DNA from: Macrostomum lignano
Taxonomy: Eukaryota
Direction: 5' to 3'
DNA length: 64,000 nucleotides
Assembly: GCA_002269645.1 (NCBI GenBank)
Contig: NIVC01002851.1
Span: 1-64,000, forward strand
The notes beneath the pieces are model-generated. The model saw only the letters and a program-made list of their open reading frames with translations. It had not been told where the DNA came from and made no database searches. Below are positions 25,146 through 38,800 of this stretch, piece by piece (the first letter of the stretch is position 1; every line of letters begins with the position of its first letter). Made by a program: the position numbers and the translations under genes.

Positions 25146-25409
25146 GGGGCCTTTTCATATTGCTTGTTCTGGTTCCAGAACCAGAACCAATTTGTGAAGT
25201 ATAACTTTTTGTCTCCATAACTAGATGGAGATACGTGCTATAAAGTTTTTATTATTGAATGACAATCGCCAAGAAGAAAGTGAAAAATTGTGCTAAGTGA
25301 GGTTGTTAAGGCAGTCAAACATACAACAGAATTAAATAGTTATACTGCTGTTTTTCTTGGAAGATCCGAACCGATTCTGATTCTGGAATTGGTAATATGA
25401 AAAGCCTCC
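25146..25409. mobile_element. Putative MITE (TIR GGGGCCTTTTCATATT / AATATGAAAAGCCTCC)
   Basis: Imperfect 16-bp inverted ends plus inverted ccagaaccagaacc / ttctgattctgg subterminal motifs. No clean TSD. Confidence 0.4.
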
Positions 25410-26274
25410 AGTAGAGTATCGTAAAGCAGCTCTACTTTTGAAAACAGAGAAAATGATTTTCTATCATTATATTCAAAATTAAAGCAGAATATATAAATCA
25501 ATATTATAGACTTATACTAGAACTAAGGGCCTAAATCTGGAGATTTTTGTATCTGCTATATATATATCTGCATTGATTCTGCAATAATAGTAATCTGCAT
25601 CTGCATCCACATTTTATTATGCGAATCTGTTCTATATCCATATCCATTTTTACAGCGGTATTTAGTTCATACTAATTCATAGGCCTATTTAGTCATGGTA
25701 TTTAGTTCATACCACCCAAAATTGTAATATAATAGCCAAGCCATAGTCTGTTTTGTTTTGTTTGTTTTTTGAAAAGTGTGAAAACTTTTATATTTTCATC
25801 ATTTTTAATTTAATTTTAATATCTTTATTTATAATATATATATTAAAAAAATTATAATTAAAAAATTAAAAGCTTATAAAGCTTTGTTTAAAATACTCCC
25901 TTCATTAGTTCCTAAGTTATTTATTTTATATTTGGTAAAAAGTATTACTTAAAATATCTAGTAATACTTTAAATACATGTAATTCTTTTAGGTCTAGAAA
26001 GTTGCTTGTATGTTAAAATAATCCTAATATATATTTTTATTTCTAGTTAAAAACCTTATCAACCTAGGGCTAGCCTATTAGAATATAATTTTAGATCTTG
26101 TAGATGTGTAGTACATGTTAATAAACATTATCTAATGATATAATTATTATATATTGAAATAGATACATAAGACTTTAAGAACAATTTTCTAGCTAACCTA
26201 AATTTATTTACATAATAAATAGCTAATAATATGCTTTGCAGCCATTTAGCCAATTTGACTATTGTTGGCAGGCT

Positions 26275-29200
26275 ATGCTATGCCTGCTTGTGGCTTATGT
26301 TACCATGGCAACTATGGTCATTAGTAGCACATTGGGTCAGACTATTGTTTGCAATCAAAGTATTGGCACTGATTGGACAAAATTGCCAGCATCATTGCAA
26401 TTAGTTGTCAACAGTAGCACTACCATAAGCTTGATATTTGATTCAACTCCAACAAATTCAATTGAACCTAATGCTACATTGTCCAACTGTAGTGTATCTG
26501 TCATGGCAGGATTTGACCAACCATTGGAAGGCTACTTTGTATTGACAGTTCTGTCTGGCACTAGTTTACCAATTGGAAGCCAAGCTGTACTTCGTGAATC
26601 ATCACCAGATGGTGTCATACTGTGGGATTCTAGCATATCAAGTTTAGTTTATCATCAATTTGCTACAGAATTTCAACATGGACAATTTTATGCTTCAATT
26701 CTAATTAAATCTGTCAATATTGGCATTGCTACATTGGTGCTTGGAGTGCAGTTTGTTGTTGCTAGCCAGTGTCCAGATGGTTGGCACCTGTCTGATGATT
26801 ATTGCTATGGAGTACCAAGGTGAGAAAGAATGTCTTGAGTTTTTTATTTTTAATACTAGAAAAAACTTGATTCTCTGTATGCTAATACTATAGTATTTTT
26901 CTTATACTATGTGTATTCTCCTTAAAAATATTTATCAACATAAACTAATCTATTAGGGTCTTGAAATTGAGCAATTAACAGTCCTAATTCATTCTATGTA
27001 AATTTTCTTGCCTCTACTAAGTACTCATAGTAGCCTCTATTGGGTAGGGAGATTATATTTTATCGTAGCTATCATAGCTGGAAATGAAAGAAAAAAGATA
27101 AAATATGCACTTCCACGTCACGTGACTGCTCTCCGCTATAGTTAGCCAATTCATGCATGCGCAACCCTCCTGATTTACAGCTGCCGACTTACCTATGAGA
27201 GAAACCTAGGAATAAAGTTAACGTAATTTTGGGTGAACGGCAAGAGTAACCATTACTGTTTTATTAAGGCCAACTGCCTTGTCATCTAATTAGTACTAGG
27301 CTGTACTATTCAAGTTGGCATTTTTGCGACTTACCTTGGCTAGACCCCTTTTTAAAGGCCGAAAGTAGCAAATCATTTTTAGTAGATAGATGTACATAAA
27401 TAATATAGTAATGATGTACACATGCTATAGCTAACAGTGAACTTATAATTATTGCAATACTTATTTGTTAGACTGTCAACACCGGTGTCATTTGACGCTG
27501 CAGTCACTGGCTGCATGCTGCTCTGGTCTAATCTGGCTATCCAGCACCAATCGCTGGCCGACTTTGATGCGGCTCTATCAGGCTCCGGTCAGTCTGTTGT
27601 TGGGCAAGCCTACTGGATTGGGGCCAAGAGATTCGATTTGGCTGATTCCTCTGCAGAATATCTGAATGGTCGGGAGTTGACTGTCAGGTAGGATTTCTTG
27701 TATGTTAATGTGGAATAGCTAGGGCTTTTCAGTTCGGGTTTTTTTCATAGAGTATTGAAGTCTTAAAAATCCCAGAAACTATAAAATACATCTTCGAATC
27801 AATAATTTAGGGGTTGTGGCCTAGTATTTAGAGCGCCGGAATCACGGCTTGAAGATTGGAGGCCCGATTCCCGACCCCTCTCGAAACAATTTGTCCTTGA
27901 GAAAGACACTTATGGTAACTCTGCTGTCGGTTGCACATCTGACCTAAGTGGGACAGATTTAATCAATCATTAAATTATTTTTATCAATATTATTCGAATC
28001 AAGTATTCAAGAAGTTTACAGAAATTATGGATCTTTAAGTTAAATGGATTCCAACTTGAAAAAAAAACGGGGTGCCAATTTGGCATCCGGGGTCTGAATT
28101 CAAGATGCCAAAAATAAATTTGATGTGATATGACGCACGCTTTGGCAAAATAAGACCCAGCTTCGTTAAATTTAAAATAATTCAAATTATTTACGCATAT
28201 CAAGGATATGCGCAAGTTGACATGGAGAAACGGGTACAAAGACAGCTAGATAGACCGTAGGAGAAGGAGACAGGAAGACAGGTAGGGAAAGGAGACAGGC
28301 AGACAGGTAGGGAAAGAAGACAGACAGACAAGTAAGGCAAGGAGACAGGAAAACAGGTAGGGCAAGGAGACAGGAAGACAGGTAGGGCAAGGAGACAGGC
28401 AGACAGGTAGGGAAAGAAGACAGACAGACAGGTAGGGCAAGGAGACAGGAAGACAGGTAGGGCAAGGAGACAGGAAGACAGGTAGGGCAAGGAGACAGGA
28501 CGACAGGTAGGGAAAGGAGACAGGAAGACAGGTAGGGCAAGGAGACAGGAAGACAGGTATGGCAAGGAGACAGGAAGACAGGTAGGGAAAAGAGACAGGC
28601 AGACAGGTAGGGAAAGGAGACAGGAAGACAGGTAGGGAAAGGAGACAGGAAGACAGGTAGGGAAAGGAGACAGGAAGACAGGTAGGGAAATGAGACAGGA
28701 AGACAGGTAGGGAAAGGAGACAGACAGACAGGTAGGGAAATGAGACAGACAGACAGGTAGGGAAATGAGACAGGAAGACAGGTAGGGAAAGGAGACAGGA
28801 AGACAAGCAGGAAAAGTAGACAGGCAGACAGGTAGGAAAAGTAGACAAGCGGAAGTCTTTATACGACTTATATTGATAATAATAGTATGATTAGACTAGA
28901 TTTTATTACTATCTACTATTTACTATCCATCGCTGTCTCCCTAGCATTGGCCGGAATTGTCCAATTGAGGATTCGACGTGCGTCTGCGTTGCCTACGAGC
29001 GTACTCAACCGGAGCCCTCCGCTGCGTCATTGCGTTTGCGCCGCTGCTCAGATAATCTACCTTACCTATGCTCAAATCTGGCCACAGGACCAGGCGCCTA
29101 TTATACCAGTTTGGGTAGCGGGAAATCCAAATCTAAATTGAAATTATATCCAGCCGATTGGATTGGTATTGGATTAGTAACTGTCGCGTCCATAGCAACC

Positions 29201-29572
29201 GTTGCTATCTTAATTGGTTACTATGCCGTTGTCAAGCCTAAACAGAAACAACGTCATTGGAATCAGCGACGTAGAATTGTGGGCGACGCGGACGGACTGA
29301 GTGCGTCTTATCAATCGGCATCTTGGTTGGCCCAGCAACCGCAGCCTCCGCAGCCTCATCCTTGTCATCAGCATTATTATCTTAGTCGAGACAACAGCGT
29401 AAGCGGAGGTTTCGGCTTTATCGTTGCTTCGTCTACTGTCGCTTCGTCGCTCACTGCCGCCTCGTCGACTGAGGAGTCGATGACGCTTGGAGCTGCCGTT
29501 GCGCCGACGCCGTTCTCTCGCCGTCAGCCCATGCCAATGCGAGACATGTCGCAGGATATTAGCCAAGTTTAG
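26275..29572 (+). CDS. Type I membrane protein: signal peptide, CUB-like domain, C-type lectin-like domain, TM, cytoplasmic tail (receptor 1)
   Basis: Exons 26275-26819, 27472-27687 and 28945-29572, phase-2 GT-AG introns, in frame. CPDGWHLSDDYCY, AAVTGC, YWIG, LPYLCS; TM WIGIGLVTVASIATVAILIGYYAVV followed by KPKQK. Confidence 0.8.
27810..27965 (+). mobile_element. tRNA-derived SINE, family C (CORE/SINE2-like)
   Basis: A-box TGGCCTAGTAT, B-box-like GGCCCGATTCCC, then TTGTCCTTGAGAAAGACACTTA, resembling the GTGTCCTTGAGCAAGACACT segment common to SINE2-type elements. Confidence 0.55.
28225..28850. repeat. About 25-bp purine-rich minisatellite (ggagacaggaagacaggtagggcaa) in intron 2 of receptor 1
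   Basis: Direct tandem array visible in the sequence. Confidence 0.9.
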
Positions 29573-29734
29573 ATTCAACTGTTAATAGGGAGATGACAAG
29601 AGACAAGAGAGCGGATCCAAGCCAATGCTGTCAAGAAATTTAACAGTCTGTGTCTCAAATTTGTAGTGTGATTGATGCAAAATCAAACCCTGCTAAATGG
29701 TTTTGGCTGTAGGCAACCCTGGTGCAACGCCTGC

Positions 29735-30117
29735 GGCTACATGGGGTCCCAAAGCACCGGGATGCTTGCTGTCTGGGGAATGCTTGCTATCTGGGGGATG
29801 CTTGCTGTCTGGGAAATGCTTGCTATCTGGGGGATGCTTGCTATCTGGGGGATGCTTGCTATCTGGGGGATGCTTGCTATCTGGGGGATGCTTGCTATCT
29901 GGGGGATGCTTGCTATCTGGGGGATGCTTGCTATCTGGGGGATGCTTGCTGTCTGGGAAATGCTTGCTATCTGGGAAATGCTTGCTATCTGGGGGATGCT
30001 TGCTATCTGGGGGATGCTTGCTGTCTGGGAAATGCTTGCTATCTGGGGGATGCTTGCTATCTGGGGGATGCTTGCTATCTGGGGGATGCTTGCTATCTGG
30101 GGAATGCTTGCTATCTA
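29735..30117. repeat. 18-bp minisatellite (gatgcttgctatctgggg)
   Basis: About 21 tandem units downstream of the receptor 1 stop; the source of the MLAIWG/GCLLSG ORFs. Confidence 0.95.
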
Positions 30118-31860
30118 AGCTCTGACGGCAATTCTGCCCGTTCTGCTGACTCTTTCTGTTGACTCATACACGTGTCTTTTTATAGTTTTCTTTGTCCACT
30201 CTCTTCTCTCTGACAGATAATGCTGGAGTCACTATCGTGTTTAAAAACAAGTGCTGTTTTGCTGCACTAATTTCGTTACTAATATCTATAGACTATAGTG
30301 TGTTTTGGTCTTTCTTCTTAGAAGTGTAAATGAGAGTGCTCCCGATTGTTATTAACATATATGACTGCACTTTTGCTTGCGTTCTTGTAGTCTTTCACTC
30401 GGACAAGCACACCCCCGTTAAAATTTGTATTCATTCAAAGCACGTGTGTTAAACTTTTAATGTAAAAATTTCCATGTAAAATGTACTTTACTTATAGTTC
30501 AGTTTTTTATCTGTACTTTTTCAAGTGTTATCTAGCTCTGCTTGCCTTTTTAAATTATCTTGACAGGGGTCAAAGGGGAAGTGCCTGCGTCCATTCCGCT
30601 AAGCCCTGTCACCATGTCTGAAGCTAAGAGCTAGCAGAGATTCTCAGGCCTGAAAACTTTGGTAATGTCTGGGTTTGGGTCGAGATAGAAGAACCTCTTT
30701 TTACTAACGAGCTTTGTTTAGATTTTTCATAAAAATATTGCATCAATTTGAGGTGCTAATCGGTTCTAGTCAACACGAGCTTCGACTTTGTAATTTATGT
30801 AAATAAGTTTTATTAACCCGTGCTTATATTATTTACTTATTGAATCAATGCAAGCCTAAGTGTTCCAAATTTTTATTTAATGCTCATCTCCACGTTTTTG
30901 TCTTTTTATGCTCTGGTTAATTGGTTGGTTTTGTAGTTGAGAAGCTCTTTTATTTCATACTAATATTTAAATGAGATTGCAGTGTGTTGCACTTAAAACA
31001 GTTAATATATACACTTTTCTTAGATTACTTTGTTCAGACTTTTCCTTGAATCTGCATAGAGGGGTGTTGCAGGGTAGGAATGTCCAAAATGAGCTGAAAT
31101 TTTAGTCACAACTTCTTGCATAGCTGCTCTGTTGAATGGTGAGACTTATAGCAATTCTAAACAGCTTTGCATGCGTTTTATAGAATGATTTGAAAATCGA
31201 TACTGGCATTTGCTGTCTCTGTGTCCGTCTTTCCCTGTTGGTTGGCATGCTAGAATGAAGTGCCGTTGGCTCTTCTTTGATCCCAGACTCTGAATGATGT
31301 TTTCTAGTTGATGCATTGCTTCGTTTGAGTGACTGAGCAGCTTAAAAGTGCACGAGTTGCTATGTGCCTCGCCTTCAGCTGCATTCGCTTGAGTTCTCAT
31401 CATTTGGATGGAATCGGCTAAGAGATCGATTGAGCGCATCATCACATGACCTTCAATATGAATGTCAGGACACTGAATTCACGAAGCCAGTGATAAGCGA
31501 AACATGTCGCTTCTAATATGATGAGTACGATTGGCTTATCTTGCTGTGTACATCCTGTACATCCTTCATATGCATAGGGACTCAGGAACGCTTGTTGCTG
31601 CTGATGGCTCAATTGTCTCTTTCATAAACAAAAAGCATAGCAAAGTTGCGCGTAGTAATTACTTTGTAATTTATTTGACAAAGAACTAACAGACCTACGT
31701 AGGAAAACCAAATTTAGACCAGCTTTAATTCATTTCATGATGAATTCGTTTTATTAAATTAATTAAACTTTCTATTGTATGCATGCCAAGTCATCGTCTC
31801 TGCTTATGCTAACAAGTTTTCAACTAAGATATAAGTTGACACGCATTATATTTAACAGCA

Positions 31861-33439
31861 ATGTCGCCCACCTGCGAAACTCCCAACTGCGGCAAGGAGG
31901 CCAAATTTCGTTGTCCAACCTGCGTTAAACTCGGCATTGACGGCTCGTATTTTTGTGCCCAGGATTGTTTTAAGGTGAAGAAATGTAATCGTATTTTATT
32001 TGCTTTCTTGTACCTGTAACTGTGAATTGTTTACATCTGAATCTGTTACTAAAAGACAGGCAGACAGACATACAGACACAGACAGACAGACAGACAGACA
32101 GACATACAGGCACAGAGACAGGCAGACAGACAGTCAGACAGACAGACAGACAGACAGACAGGCAGGCAGGTAGACAGACAGGATGGCAGAAAGGCAGGCA
32201 GACAGACAAACAGACAGACAGGCAGGGAGGCAGACAGACAGGCAGACAGACACACAGACAGAAAGACAGACAGACACGCAGGCAGACAAACAGGCAGACA
32301 CACAGACAGAAAGACAGACAGACACGCAGGCAGGCAGGCAGGCAGACGGCAGGCAGATAGACACACAGACAGAAAGACAGACACGCAGGCAGGCAGAAAG
32401 GCAGGCAGACAGGCAGCCAGGCAGACACACAGACAGAAAGACAGACAGACACGCAGGCAGGCAGAAAGGCAGGCAGACAGGCAGCCAGGCAGACAGACAG
32501 ACAGACAGACACAGACAGATAAGCAGACACACAGACAGGCGGGAGGCAGACAGACAGGCAGGCAAACAGACAGACACACAGACAGAAAGACAGACAGACA
32601 CGCAGGCAGGCAGAAAGGCAGGCAGACACAAAGATAAGACAGAAGTAAATAAACAAATATAAATAGCCACTCGCAGGCGAAGATGAGGCGCTTGAATGTG
32701 CTCAGGAGTCATCGAATTGGCAGAATTGCCTCAGCGCTGGTGCTGTGTGACGATGTCGCCTAAGCGCGCCCGCAGCTATCTTCACCTTCTCTTTCTCCGA
32801 CTATCACTCGCAGAGCTACTGGAAGGACCACAAGAAAGTGCATGCCCTAGTTGAAAAGCTTCACCCCGGCAGCGCGCTAGCCGCCGACAAGCAGCAGCCG
32901 CTGGAGCTGTCCTGGCCTGGCTATCATTTCACTGGCTCGCTGCGGCCGCACAGGCAGACACCCCGGCGCACCCTGCCTGATTCAATCGTCAGGCCCGACT
33001 ATTCGAAAGACGGCACGCCGTACAGCGAGCGGCAGAGCAAATCATTGCTCAGAGTTATTGACGACGACGCCGAACTAGAGGACATGCGAGTAGTCTGCCG
33101 TTTGGCTCGTGAAGTTCTCGAAGAAGGCATGCGAGCCGTTGCTCCCGGTGTCACCACCGACGAGATCGACCGGATTGTGCACGAAGCCTGCATCGAACGG
33201 GACTGCTATCCGTCACCTCTGAACTACTACGGCTTCCCGAAATCTTGCTGTACATCCGTTAACGAAGTGATCTGTCACGGCATACCGGATCTGAGGCCGC
33301 TGGTTGAAGGCGATATTGTTAATATTGATGTGACCTGCTATCATCGGGAGCATCACGGCGACCTCAATGAGACCGTGTTCGTTGGAAAGGTGAGTCAAGT
33401 ATTTGTCTGTCTGTCTGTCTGCCTGTCTGTCTGTCTGCC

Positions 33440-33476
<37 letters not shown>

Positions 33477-33511
33477 GCATGCCTGTCTGTCTGTCTGTCT
33501 GCCTGCCTGCC

Positions 33512-33606
<95 letters not shown>

Positions 33607-33643
33607 CTGTCTGTCTGTCTGTCTGTCTGTGTGTCTGTCTGTG

Positions 33644-33680
<37 letters not shown>

Positions 33681-34399
33681 GTCTGCCTGTCTGTCTGTTT
33701 GTCCCTCTGTCAGTCAGCTCATCTATCTGCCGGCTATATCGTATGCATTCCTTCTTCCTTCCGTTATATGATATCGCTGATCTAGACCCCACCGCAGCAT
33801 GCCTGGTTTATCAAAATAAGTCGAGCTAATTCTAATTCGAGATATATAACTAATTATAAGCGCTATTTATATCTATTTCCATCGCTTTATCGTACAAGCA
33901 TCCTGTTGCGATAGTATACATGTAAGTAACGAATGCTATATTGCCAAATCTTCAGGTGGACGAGGACAGCAAGCGCCTAGTCCAAGCCGCCTACGATTGC
34001 CTACAAAAATCGATCGAAGCCGTCCGACCCGGGGTGAAATTCCGCGACATGGGCGACATTATCCAGCGTCACGCGCACTCGGCCGGCCTGTCGGTTGTCC
34101 GAACCTACTGTGGCCACGGCATCCACCGTCTGTTCCATTGCGCACCAAATGTGCCGCACTACGCTAAAAACAAAGCCGTAGGCGTGATGAAACCCGGTCA
34201 CGTGTTCACTATCGAGCCAATGATTAATCTGGGCGTCTGGCGGGATCAGCTGTGGCAGGACGATTGGACTTCGGTCACCGTTGATGGCAAACGATCGGCA
34301 CAGTTTGAGGAGACTCTGTTAGTAACGGAGACCGGCTGCGATGTGCTCACCCGCCGGCTGGCTGATAATGGGCGACCGTTTTTCATGTCGCAAGTGTGA
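31861..34399 (+). CDS. METAP1: Methionine aminopeptidase 1
   Basis: Exons 31861-31974, 32814-33389 and 33956-34399 (phase 0). N-terminal zinc finger CETPNC...CPTC...FCAQDCFK...HKKVH; [15 protein letters not shown]; metal ligands in [33 protein letters not shown]. Confidence 0.97.
32050..32640. repeat. (GACA/GGCA)n microsatellite in METAP1 intron 1
   Basis: Visible tetranucleotide array. Confidence 0.95.
33403..33712. repeat. (TGTC)n microsatellite in METAP1 intron 2
   Basis: Visible array; the reverse complement of the intron-1 array. Confidence 0.95.
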
Positions 34400-34604
34400 A
34401 TAATTTATCAAGTTTATAAAGAGCATGATGTCCTTTTGGTCTCAGCTTTGTTTGTTTTTGGTATTGTTGTTTTAATAACTGCATACAACTATAATCAAAT
34501 AGGGAGCCAATATTTCAGTAGCAAACATATGCATGCATGTACTCTATATGAGGGTCTAGATTTTGTAACAGTTTTCTGTTTGGTCTGTTTAGCTAACGAA
34601 ACTG

Positions 34605-35150
34605 GGCGGTCATTTCAGTAATTTTATGACCGGTCATTGAATGGCTCTATGAGCTGTCATTCATTGGCTTAATGAGCGGTCATTTCAGTAATTTTATGAC
34701 CGGTCATTGAATGGCTCTATGAGCTGTCATTCATTGGCTTAATGAGCGGTCATTTCAGTAATTTTATGACCGGTCATTGAATGGCTCTATGAGCTGTCAT
34801 TCATTGACTGGATGAGCAGTCATTCAGTGACTTTATGAACAGTCATTCAGTGACTTTATGAACAGTCATTCAGTGACTGGATGAGCAGTCATTCAGTGAC
34901 TTGATAAGCAGTCATTCAGTGACTTTATGAACAGTCATTCAGTGACTTGATGAGCAGTCATTCAGTGACTTGATGAACCGTCATTCAGTGACTTTATGAG
35001 CGGTCATTAAATGCATTTTTGAGCAGTCATTCATATGCTAAACGAGCGGTCATTTGAATGACTTTTTGAGGAGTCATTCATATGCTAAATGAGCGGTCAT
35101 TAAGTGACTTGATAAGCGGTTATTTAGTGGCCTAATGAGTGGTGATTTAG
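34605..35150. repeat. Compound minisatellite (about 70-bp unit x3 grading into about 23-bp tcattcagtgactt..atga.cag units)
   Basis: Direct tandem repeats downstream of METAP1. Confidence 0.85.
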
Positions 35151-35863
35151 TGACTGAGCCACTCACAATGATAATTAACATTATCATTAAATTTATTTCT
35201 TTTTTAAATAAGCAGATGCGCAAGAAAGATGCCTGTTATGCTAGACTGCGTTCTGTTTTTAGAAAAATTAAGTAAATAATATCAATTACCGTTGATAGAT
35301 GTGAACGCATAAAACCCTTATTTAACCTTTTTTTAATAAATTTGCCACCGAGTATGTAAGCGTTTTTATACAGATAGGGACTTCAGGAATGCTTCTAATA
35401 TTATAATATCATATATAGCTTAATAATTTATACACTAATGTACTTTTAGACTTACCCGCGCAGAATGTTATATTATTTTGCCCGATATTTTATCAGCTTC
35501 CCTATTTTGACAATAATTGCAGTTTGTTGTTTTTTGTTGCTGGCTCATGTGTGTGTACTCTTGTGTCTCTAGCGGGCATCCTGTCAGCTTAATCTGTAAT
35601 CTGTGTGTGTCTGATATTGTACTTATGCTGTACCCAAGACTGGAATGAAAAAGAAATTACCTAAATTTGCTTTGATGACAACGCTTTGCGTTCGAATAGT
35701 TCTTGTGTTTTTTTCTTTCAAAAGTACTTATTTGTCCTTTAGTCAGCTGTAGCTTTTAGTTTATATCCGAATAGGCACTTCAAGGATACTGATACTGATT
35801 TATTGTGTAACTTTAACATTCTTTAATATTATGCATGCGTCTTGGCTACGTAATTGAACTGCA

Positions 35864-38800
35864 ATGTGTCTTCGATTGACTGTCGCCTTTATTTCTATAT
35901 TATCATTGATGCGTAAGTGCTTATAGTTGCTGCTATAACTGCAAAACAACCTCCAACCACACCGAAACCACCCTTGAACCCAACCTCAGTGCCACCTAAC
36001 CCCAATATTAGGGGCACTATATTGGGCCATGCAGGCAATGCCACCCAACCCCAATGCCACCATTGTACGCAACCCCAATGCCACCCATAAACCCAACCCC
36101 ACTGTCACCCATGAACCCAACCCCCCTGTCACCCATGAACCCAACCCCACTGTCACCCATGAACCCAACCTCAATGCCACCCATGTACCCAACCCCAATG
36201 TCACCCATGAACCCAACCCCACTGTCACCCATGAACCCAACCCCCCTGTCACCCATGAACCCAACCTCAATGCCACCCATGTACCCAACCCCAATGTCAC
36301 CCATGTACCCAACCCCAATGTCACCCATGAACCCAACCCCAATGCCACCCATGAACCCAACCCCAATGCCACCCATGAACCCAACCTCAATGCCACCCAT
36401 GTACCCAACCCCAATGTCACCCATGAACCCAACCCCAATGTCACCCATGAACCCAACCCCAATGTCACCCATGAACCCAACCCCAATGCCACCCATGAAC
36501 CCAACCCCAATGCCACCCATGAACCCAACCTCAATGCCACCCATGTACCCAACCCCAATGTCACCCATGAACCCAACCCCAATGTCACCCATGAACCCAA
36601 CCCCAATGTCACCCATGAACCCAACCCCAATGCCACCCATGAACCCAACCCCAATGCCATCCATGAACCCAACCCCAATGCCACTTATGAACCCAACCCC
36701 AATGCCACCCATGAACCCAACCCCAATGCCACCCATGAACCCAACCCCAATGTCACCCATGAACCCAACCCCAATGTCACCCATGAACCCAACCCCAATG
36801 TCACCCATGAACCCAACCCCAATGCCAGCCTTGAACCCAACACCAAAAATCAATAAACCTAGCCACAATACCATCTGTGAACTCCATCCAAAAAGCCACC
36901 ATTTAAACCACTAAAAAACCTTTGAACCCAACTCAAAACCATTGAACGCAACCAAAAACTACATTTCTTACACTGAATTGAACAAACCGTTTTTCAGATC
37001 CTTACGAGACCGTCTCCAAAGATATTTATTGCACTAACAAAGTAACTCAAACACTGCAAATGGATCCGTCAGGCACTGAGGCTTACAAAATAATGACTAG
37101 AGAGACTGGAACAATAGGCTACACTCAAAACCTCGACTGCAAATGGATATTAAGGGTGTCAAGGACGTCTGCTACCGTTCAGATAATTATTAACATAACT
37201 ACTATAGATTTGGCATTTGTTGAACGCCTGCATGAGCAGTCCTGCTCAAATCAACCCATTGTTGATGCATTCTCTATGAAATTTGACGGCATATTTCAAG
37301 TTGGATCTAGTGAGTGCAAGTTGGTTACTGGATAGATTTAAGTAGAGGGTAGATATAAGAGTAGGGGATAGAGATAGGAGTAGGGGAGTAGAGATAAGAG
37401 TAGTGGAGTAGAGATAAGAGTAGGGAGTAGAGATAAGAGTAGGAGATAGAGATAAAAGTAGGAGAGTAGAGATAAGAGTATGGTTAGAGATAAGAGTAGG
37501 GGAGTAGAGATAAGAGTATGGTTAGAGATAAGAGTAGGGAGTAGAGATAAGAGTAGGGGATAGAGATAAAAGTAGGAAGTAGAGATAAGAGTAGGAAGTA
37601 GAGATAAGAGTATGGAGTAGAGATAAGAGTAGGGGAGTAGAGATAAGAGTATGGTTAGAGATAAGAGTAGGGAGTAGAGATAAGAGTAGGGAGTAGAGAT
37701 AAGAGTAGGGAGTAGAGATAAGAGTAGGGAGTAGAGATAAGAGTAGGAAGTAGAGATAAGAGTAGGGAGTAGAGAGTAGGGGGATGTATAAGAATAAGGG
37801 GATAAAGGTAAGAAGCGACAAAAATCATGCATAAAAATCATATTCGTCTAACTTTTTTTCAGTGCAATTTAGTTATTTAAAATGGTGCTCAAATTGGATG
37901 GCTGTACGCACGGGAGAGATCCTTGTTTTCAGCGTGATCGCCTCGTAGGTTTAATTCTGGTTTTATCTGCATATCGGTATAGAATAGTTATACATGCAAA
38001 TATTATATGCAATTATAGTAGTTTATGTACTTTGATTATTGCTCAATCTGCCCCCCCCCCGGCCAGCCTCGGCAGCTTAACTGTGCAGTTCAAGTCGGCC
38101 GAGCGGCCACTCCCGGCCGACGATATCGACCAAGAATACCGTGGCATCGAATTCAAAGCCACCGTGTTGAAAGCGAATTACTGCGAGCACGGCCTGCTGC
38201 ACCACAAGGGCTGGTGCTACTTTGTTACTAACCGGCTGGTCACGTTTAGGCAGGCTTGGAACTTCAGCCAGCACGCCACCGGGGAGCTGGTCGCCTTTGA
38301 CACTCAGCGGGAGTTTGCCGAGCTTTTTCAAGCTAGTAGGTTGTTGGCTGTCTGTCTGTCTGTCTGTCTGTCTGTGTGTCTATTTGTTTGTCTTTCTGTC
38401 TGTCAGTCTGTCCTTCTGTGTGTCTGTCTTTCTGTCTGTCAGCTATCTGTCTATCTATCTACCTATCCATCCATCTATTTAGACAGTGACAGAGGCTCCG
38501 GACATGGCAACACTCCGCTGGATCTGGCCGCAAATAAACTGGTGTGGATTGGCAATTTCTTGGGAAGCGACGGCAACGTTTACGCTACAACTTCTGTAAG
38601 GAGATGCTACGAAGGCATTACTTACGACTTTGCGTGAGTGACGCAAATTTTCGGGCCTTGTTAGTGAGGGAGATTCAACAATCAATTCAACAATCTTGTT
38701 AATGAGGGAGATTCAACAATCAATTCAACAATCTTGTTAATGAGGGAGATTCAACAATCAATTCAACAATCTTGTTAATGAGGGAGATTCAACAATCAAT

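Noticed and set aside
31460-31500. In-frame TGA-ATT-CAG-TGT (UxxC) suggesting a selenoprotein on the minus strand
   Set aside because: No thioredoxin-like sequence context, and no convincing SECIS (RUGA...AA...GA stem) was seen downstream; probably chance.
35986-36914. Mucin-like NPNATHEP / PMNPT ORFs of about 280 aa
   Set aside because: The 24-bp array is open in several frames on both strands and lies between a good donor (35913) and acceptor (36997) that join in frame without it.
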